DNA of 63,639 nt, filler included, from Asterionella formosa (lineage: Eukaryota): NCBI GenBank assembly GCA_002256025.1. It is 13 parts of 13 records of this genome, joined end to end, with 100 filler letters (N's around TTAATTAATTAA, not from the genome) between each part and the next. Parts side by side here need not be neighbours in the genome. Positions count along the whole stretch, not along the records: positions 57,649 to 59,071 come from NKIB01002509.1; positions 59,172 to 60,594 come from NKIB01002510.1; positions 60,695 to 62,117 come from NKIB01002511.1; positions 62,218 to 63,639 come from NKIB01002512.1; 9 more parts are not named here. One strand, given 5' to 3'. Of this stretch, positions 57,649 to 63,639 are shown piece after piece. The notes beneath the pieces are model-generated. The model saw only the letters and a program-made list of their open reading frames with translations. It had not been told where the DNA came from and did no database searches. Position 1 is the first letter of the stretch; each line of letters begins with the position of its first letter. Position numbers and translations under genes: made by a program.

Positions 57649-58993
57649 TCTACAACTATACAAATCAACAAATAAAATAAACAAAAATACTTTTTTAAAG
57701 AGTAGGCATTGATACATACATCGGATTATGTGTGAATAGATACAATAGAACCAAAAATACAGTGCGGAACGACAAACAACGATGAAAGCAATCAAATCGA
57801 AAATTCGACAAATAGCTAGTATCTAAATTCCACATTCAGTGTTTCACTGTTGTATTCACCAATCCGCTCTAACTAGCATAACAAGCAGCAGACAATGGGA
57901 TCTATCGAAAGTCGAAATGTCCCTGTTGCAAGTCCGAATTGAGCAACAGCAGGCAGGATAGAGTGAGAATTGTAATGGTGAGGACAACATTGGCCAACTT
58001 AAAATCAACAAATACTATCGTCATGTGAACGATATCATTTAACATTCTGGTCTCGCAAAGATAATACCGAGTCTACATCATAAATATCATAACGTGTTCT
58101 AAGTGAGGGTTAAAGTTTAGCTTAAACCATGCATGGTTGTTTTGATTACCACGTACGTGTGTAGGCTAGATGACTAGAAAATCCGTTAAGCATCACATAC
58201 ATGACCGGAGCAAAAACTTGCCACCAACATCAGATAAACCAATATAATCGATTATCCAACGAAATATGGACGATGCGACTACATGAATCCCACGAGAAGA
58301 CAAGCAATCCAACGACCAACCGCATCCTTTCGACAATGAATCGCTACTGGCTTCTAAAGATTGCGCCTCTCTAAATTAGATAATAAAATGTGCCAGTGGC
58401 GACTTCAATTTTCGTTGTCAATATTAGTGCTATTAGGATTATTCTTTTTAAATTGTACTATCTATGTTGTGTTTGATATATGTATCAAAAAGGAAAGCAT
58501 CATTCTCATTTTTCGTCGAGATATTCGCTATTTTCATCATGGTCAACACTGCAATGATATGATGATGAAGGATTCTCCAGCCGCTGCAACTACACAACTA
58601 CCGGTGCATATTCAGTATCATAGTAGTTATAGCTACATTATGATTACATACATAGGTCGTAGGTGACTGTGATGGCAGCAGTGCTGTTGAAATGATGATG
58701 TCACAATAAGTAAAACTGCTACTTTAAGCAAACACACTTTAAGCAAAATGGTCCTACATTAAGCAAAATGAACAACAAGCAAATGGCAGAATAAGCAAAA
58801 CAGATTGGTCTCAATATTTAGGCTAAATCAGATTAAAGCTAAATATATATAGGAACAACAAGCTGGTTGGGTTGGTTTATTAAATGGATATCAAGAAGAG
58901 ACACATGTATTAACTTGGAATTGGAATCAGTATTGCCGGTAAGAAATCGTACGTGGAACTAGAAATAGCAAAATTACCGCAACTTGCTGGTAC
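57649..58993 (+). repeat. Dispersed repeat family B, longest copy
   Basis: First half matches 53780-54503; second half matches 7536-8130. Confidence 0.9.
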
Positions 58994-59171
58994 CATGTAT
59001 TCCAATAACGCACGACCAGCGAAAAACAGGTCGTTGCTTCACTCCTGCTACATACTACCTGGTACCTGGTANNNNNNNNNNNNNNNNNNNNNNNNNNNNN
59101 NNNNNNNNNNNNNNNTTAATTAATTAANNNNNNNNNNNNNNNNNNNNNNNNNNNNNNNNNNNNNNNNNNNN

Positions 59172-60168
59172 ATATGAAATGCTTACTGGGAAGAAGATAA
59201 AGTCTTATGCGACACCAGGAGCACCAGGAAAAACATTAGGAGCCAATAATGGAGAAACTATTATGGAGGCGGAATATCGCAAGATTGTTGGGAAATTTTT
59301 ATGGGCTACTAAGAAAGATTCCCCGGACTGTGCCAATGCAGTACGTGAATTATCTTCGTATTTAAGCTGTCCAGGCGAAGAACACTGGGATGGAATTTCA
59401 CGAGTTGTTGGATTCTTATCAAGCAAATTGGACAGAGTTCTCAAGATTCGAAAACCTAAGGAATTACGGGTTATTGCTTATGTTGATAGTGACTGGGCTG
59501 CTAATAAGGTAAGCCGGAAAAGTACTACGGGTTTTCTGGTTACCATTGGTGGTGCGTTGATCAGTTGGCAATCAAAGGGCCAGTCATCCGTTACGCTATC
59601 AAGCACAGAAGCAGAATACGTTGCAATGTCGCAATGTGCTCAAGAGATCAAATTTATTGCAATGTTACTGAACGAAGTGACAGGTGGCAAAAATATCCTA
59701 CCAAGCATTTTACGTGAGGATAATACAGGTGCAATATTCACAGCGAAGAATCAACAACTTGGAACAAGAACAAAACACATTGATATTAAGTTTCATCATG
59801 TCAAGAACATGATAGATGAGGGTGAGTTGCATATTGTTTTTCTAAGATCAGAAAACAATCCAGCAGACATTTTGACGAAGAATGTCAAAGAGCAGATTTT
59901 TACAAGGTTATCTGGACCTGTGCTGAGTGGTACAATTTTAGAACTTCTTGAACATGGTAACGAGGAGGATGTCAAGAATATAGCATCAATGGCTATAATG
60001 AGTCACAAGGACTGTGGACTCGACTATAGTCCAATGAGTCAAATGGTGCGTTCCCATGTCAAGAAGCTTGCTAACGAGATTGATGTCTTAGATCAATCAG
60101 AAGAAGGTTTACATCAACGAAAAGGGAACACGAAGAACAGGTTCTCGAAGTGTGATGAATGGGATTGA
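59172..60168 (+). CDS. Ty1/Copia pol C-terminus (end of reverse transcriptase plus RNase H), 5'-truncated
   Basis: YRKIVGKFLW, PDCANAVRELS, AYVDSDWA...RKSTTG, SSTEAEYVA, EDNTGAI, RTKHIDIKFH, NPADILTKN. Confidence 0.96.
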
Positions 60169-60348
60169 AACTTAGTTTTAGTTTAATCTTATAATTAAGA
60201 AACAGTGAGAATTGACAGAGTAAGGTCAATAGCGAAAACTAGCACGAAGGCTAGCAGCAGAAAGAAGATAACAATACTAGTGGTATAGCAGGTAAGTTCT
60301 ACGTAAGAGGAACCCGTCAGACGGGAAGGAGTACGAGACCTTTCAACA
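59970..60348 (+). mobile_element. 3' LTR of the Copia element
   Basis: PPT GAGGAGGA directly before TGTCAAG at 59970; ends TTTCAACA at 60348; pol ORF reads into the LTR. Confidence 0.65.
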
Positions 60349-60694
60349 TATGTATAGACTAAAATGAGGAAAAATAGTGTTCAATATGCTGCACCTGCGT
60401 CATGGCGGATTTCATCATGGCTGACTCCGCCAAGATCACCATCATCACGTGATCGGACTTCATCAAAAAGTGTCCATTCGCCGAAATAAATGGAACGACC
60501 ACGACCGGTAGATATTCATTCGCTTGGCTGCAACACATGAAATGAGGGCGTCTGGATTCCCTTCTGTGCCAACAGCAGCTAAACTATTCGGGATNNNNNN
60601 NNNNNNNNNNNNNNNNNNNNNNNNNNNNNNNNNNNNNNTTAATTAATTAANNNNNNNNNNNNNNNNNNNNNNNNNNNNNNNNNNNNNNNNNNNN

Positions 60695-61698
60695 TTTTTT
60701 TTCAGAACACACCATTTTGTCTGAAGAAGACCAAATGCCATTTCTATTCTTATCCTTAGCTGTGAAAGGAAAAAGTTAAATGTATCCTGTGTTGGATCAT
60801 CACGTTGTGAGCCAACAAAGGGAACAAGCATTACATCAGACAATGTGTAAGCTGCATCGCCGACCAGATAAAAACCTGTGTTGAATGCTGCAACTTGATC
60901 GAAAATGGAAGTTTTTTCAAAAGCTACTTGGTCACTGCATTTTCCCGGTGCAATTACACCAAAATAAATAAATCTTGAGTCAGCATCACAAACAGCCTGG
61001 ACATTGATTCCATAAGTCATGTAGTGACCGGAAAAAAATGAACCAGGGTTGTTGCCACTTTCAACTATAGTCGGGCGGTTGATGGTGGCAAGGAAGCCGT
61101 CAATAGCACCAACACATCCTCTCATCACGCCCTCTGAGCTTTTGCATTCAAAGCTGGAAGCCAATTTGATAAATTCTTCTTTTTCTTTTGGAAAAATAAT
61201 TTCGAGTTCTTCACAGTTTAGTACAGCATCAATGAACAAATCACGACATCGATAAAGTGAAGCAATGCTACAACCGTAGGCATGACGAATGTCGATGTAA
61301 CTGCCACCAGCCAGCCATCGCAAACCAATGGCTACCACAATTTCGGGAATTATGGGCTCAGAAGTGCCACATTTGGAATAATTCCCTGCAATCTGAATTT
61401 CCAGCATGGAGGTGAGTTTTTTGAATGCTCTGTGTGACATTCTGTATGTCTTCTCGAAAGCAATCTCGTGATTGAGTTTCTCGACATGTGATTGCCAGGA
61501 GATTCTTTCGTGGTGCCACTTGTGCCTTCGTTGTCGTCGTCGTTCAGATGACTGAAGCTGCCGTTTACAGCGTCGCCTTTGTCGTTTGGATGAGTGTTCT
61601 TTTTCCTCTGCTTCCTTAGTTAAATGACAGAGGAAGAAGAAATCAAGATCACTACTGTCATCGTCATTATCATCAAGTAAATCAAATGGCGACGACAT
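60695..61698 (-). CDS. PIF/Harbinger transposase, same protein as 50454-51457, truncated by contig end
   Basis: Translation identical to copy 1. Confidence 0.95.
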
Positions 61699-61992
61699 GA
61701 TTCATGCAAATGTGTGTTTTTAATATTATATTTAGTTTCCCGGTAATTATATTTTGTTGTTGCTTGATATCAAGACCATCATTATATTCTGGAGGGATAT
61801 ACACATGATCTTCGCCAGCCTGTTGCCGTTGAAGATTCATTTTACTCCATGATACAATGTGATCACAAATTAGTGATACAGTGACACTTTTGGAATGAAT
61901 GAAATTCAGTTCAAATCGAGTTACCGTTGCTGATACATTTTCAAAAAAATTCAAATTCCGTGATACACGAAAAAAAATGATAAGAACGACCC
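60695..61992 (-). mobile_element. PIF/Harbinger DNA transposon, left end (copy 2)
   Basis: Reverse complement of 50160-51457; terminus ...GATAAGAACGACCC followed by TTA (61993-61995) and an unrelated flank. Confidence 0.9.
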
Positions 61993-62217
61993 TTAGGGTT
62001 TTGTAACTGAGTTCAAATCAATGTGGAATGTAGTCACAGAATGAAGTTCATGCACTTGTTCTCGCCTTTTTTGCTGACACTTGGTGTTCTCAATTTTCGT
62101 ATTCTTGTTGCCATCTGNNNNNNNNNNNNNNNNNNNNNNNNNNNNNNNNNNNNNNNNNNNNTTAATTAATTAANNNNNNNNNNNNNNNNNNNNNNNNNNN
62201 NNNNNNNNNNNNNNNNN

Positions 62218-62519
62218 GCACTCCTCCTCATATCTTGTGCGGCTTGCTCGTCCATGTATTTCGTTCCAACCCTTGACTCACTCACTATTTTAAAGTCTTG
62301 TTCAGTAATTTGTAATCCGAAACCGAATTCTCGATATTGAAAGGTAGATACTATCATTATTCCCATTCCATCATCCTTGGGGACAATGTAGGTTTCCTTG
62401 TTGGGTCCATACCAGCACCGCTGCTTTCTTGACATAGTGAATTGTTTGAATATACACTCATCATGCCCGAAGATTATTAATGGCTTGGCTCCTCTTGGAA
62501 ATTGTATGCTTAGGTTGCC
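62218..62519 (-). mobile_element. IS630/Tc1-mariner-like DDE transposase fragment
   Basis: GNLSIQFP..KPLIIFGHDECIFKQF...W.GP......PKDDGMGIMIVSTFQYREFGFG resembles the first-Asp (HDE..F) region of this superfamily. Confidence 0.6.
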
Positions 62520-63639
62520 TGCAATAAAAAGTATCATGCATATAGGATCGAGGGTATCATACGCCAAGTGCCACAGGATTTTCACATATATGATTTTTTT
62601 GGATCAAAACTATGATCACTGCATCCAATGACTATGATGATTTCTTAATATTATACCTAACTTGAAGTATGATAATAAGAACATTATCATCATACAATGT
62701 ATATTAACTGATCAACAACATATCTTATCAATATCATAAGCCTTCTCATTTTATTTTCACTTCTTGTGATCGCAAAATATAAATTGTTACTACAACGCAT
62801 CCTAAAATTAGCTAAACTCTATGCTATCATGTGATTTTTTCATTGTAGCTATGTCTATCTTAAACATGATCATAATTCTAATCACAAGCATTGTTCAAAA
62901 TAGATTCAAATGGATTATAATATAATTATCAAATGTTGGCAATGATATCTATGATTCTACAACTACCCAATGTTTCTCTCGCCACTTGTGTAAATGTATA
63001 TTGTTCCTGTCTATTCTGAATCTTTTTCCAGGCAGTGCCTAATGCCGCATCCCTTTCCCTGCTGTTAGTGTCACTCTGAACTCGCCCACTATTCCGTTGT
63101 TTGATTGGTTTTATTGCTGCTGTCCTATGCAGTTACAGTAACAATGAGAAGGAATGACTTTTTAGCTATCGGTGGTAATGTTACACTGACACAACACCAC
63201 GCTATTCCATCGTATCCTCTTGCTTCACTTAGTACCACAAATCAAAGCAACTGATGCATGTGTCTGTAATAGTATATTGTCAGTCAATTCTTGAATAATT
63301 AAATATCAGGTATCCAATGTTGTCGAATAAAACTTACCGATTCGTTTTCTTTTTTTTAACTTTGAAACAAAGGAAAATGTGTGCGTCAGTTATGTTCTTC
63401 CAACAGCACTTACCAATTTTGTTTTGCATTGGTGCTGCATGACAAGCGAAATGAGCTATTGAATCAACTGAGACGAAAGGAAATGATTAGTTTACTTTTT
63501 GTTGTTGTCTTCATCCCAACGACTGCCATCCATGCTGTACCACATTGATAGATTCATTATCTTAATCATACTCAATCCTTCGAAGGCCCAATGTGTCGAA
63601 GCCTCAATGTTTTTCTTTATTGCGTAAACTTTTCCTTGT
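62520..63639 (-). repeat. Dispersed repeat family A, copy 3 (inverted)
   Basis: Reverse complement is colinear with 5560-6705. Confidence 0.85.

Noticed and set aside
60378..60594. Alternative Copia LTR start at TGTTCAATA after AAAATGAGGAAAAATAG
   Set aside because: GAGGAGGA-TGTCAAG at 59970 with a TTCAACA end at 60348 fits better; cannot be fully excluded without the 5' LTR.
50160..61992. Giant inverted repeat formed by the two Harbinger copies
   Set aside because: The copies are on separate contigs, so their relative orientation is arbitrary.
23423..62217. Periodic TTAATTAATTAA motif every ~1523 bp, and apparent gene neighbourhoods across it
   Set aside because: Synthetic contig linker; the period reflects similar contig lengths, and adjacency across linkers has no biological meaning.

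Overview
Eukaryotic nuclear DNA, most consistent with a diatom or other photosynthetic stramenopile. Support: short GT-AG introns, bipartite 'signal peptide + F' plastid presequences, RxL-containing Pro/Thr-rich surface proteins, and diatom-like Copia and Harbinger elements. The window is not contiguous: 13 contigs are joined by a synthetic N44-TTAATTAATTAA-N44 linker. Two contigs of about 23.4 kb (1-23422, 23523-46886) carry about 12 genes: ankyrin protein, LRR protein, FAD oxidoreductase, degenerate mitochondrial ferredoxin, T7-type mitochondrial RNA polymerase, papain-family protease, membrane proteins, SET-domain methyltransferase and a 1970-aa mucin-like protein. Eleven contigs of about 1.42 kb are mostly transposon or repeat DNA (PIF/Harbinger, Copia, IS630/Tc1-like). 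Most notable: (i) a self-complementary TACCWGGTA/TACCGGTA motif, often in 7-nt tandem arrays, upstream of essentially every gene; (ii) a dispersed non-coding repeat whose diverged copies keep a string of splice signals around micro-exons; (iii) two tRNA-headed SINE-like families; (iv) two identical Harbinger copies at different TWA sites, plus a Harbinger relic paired with a DUF6818-like Myb gene; (v) a ferredoxin lacking its Fe-S cysteines, resembling the complex I bridge ferredoxin. All family assignments come from motif recognition by eye, not from database searches.
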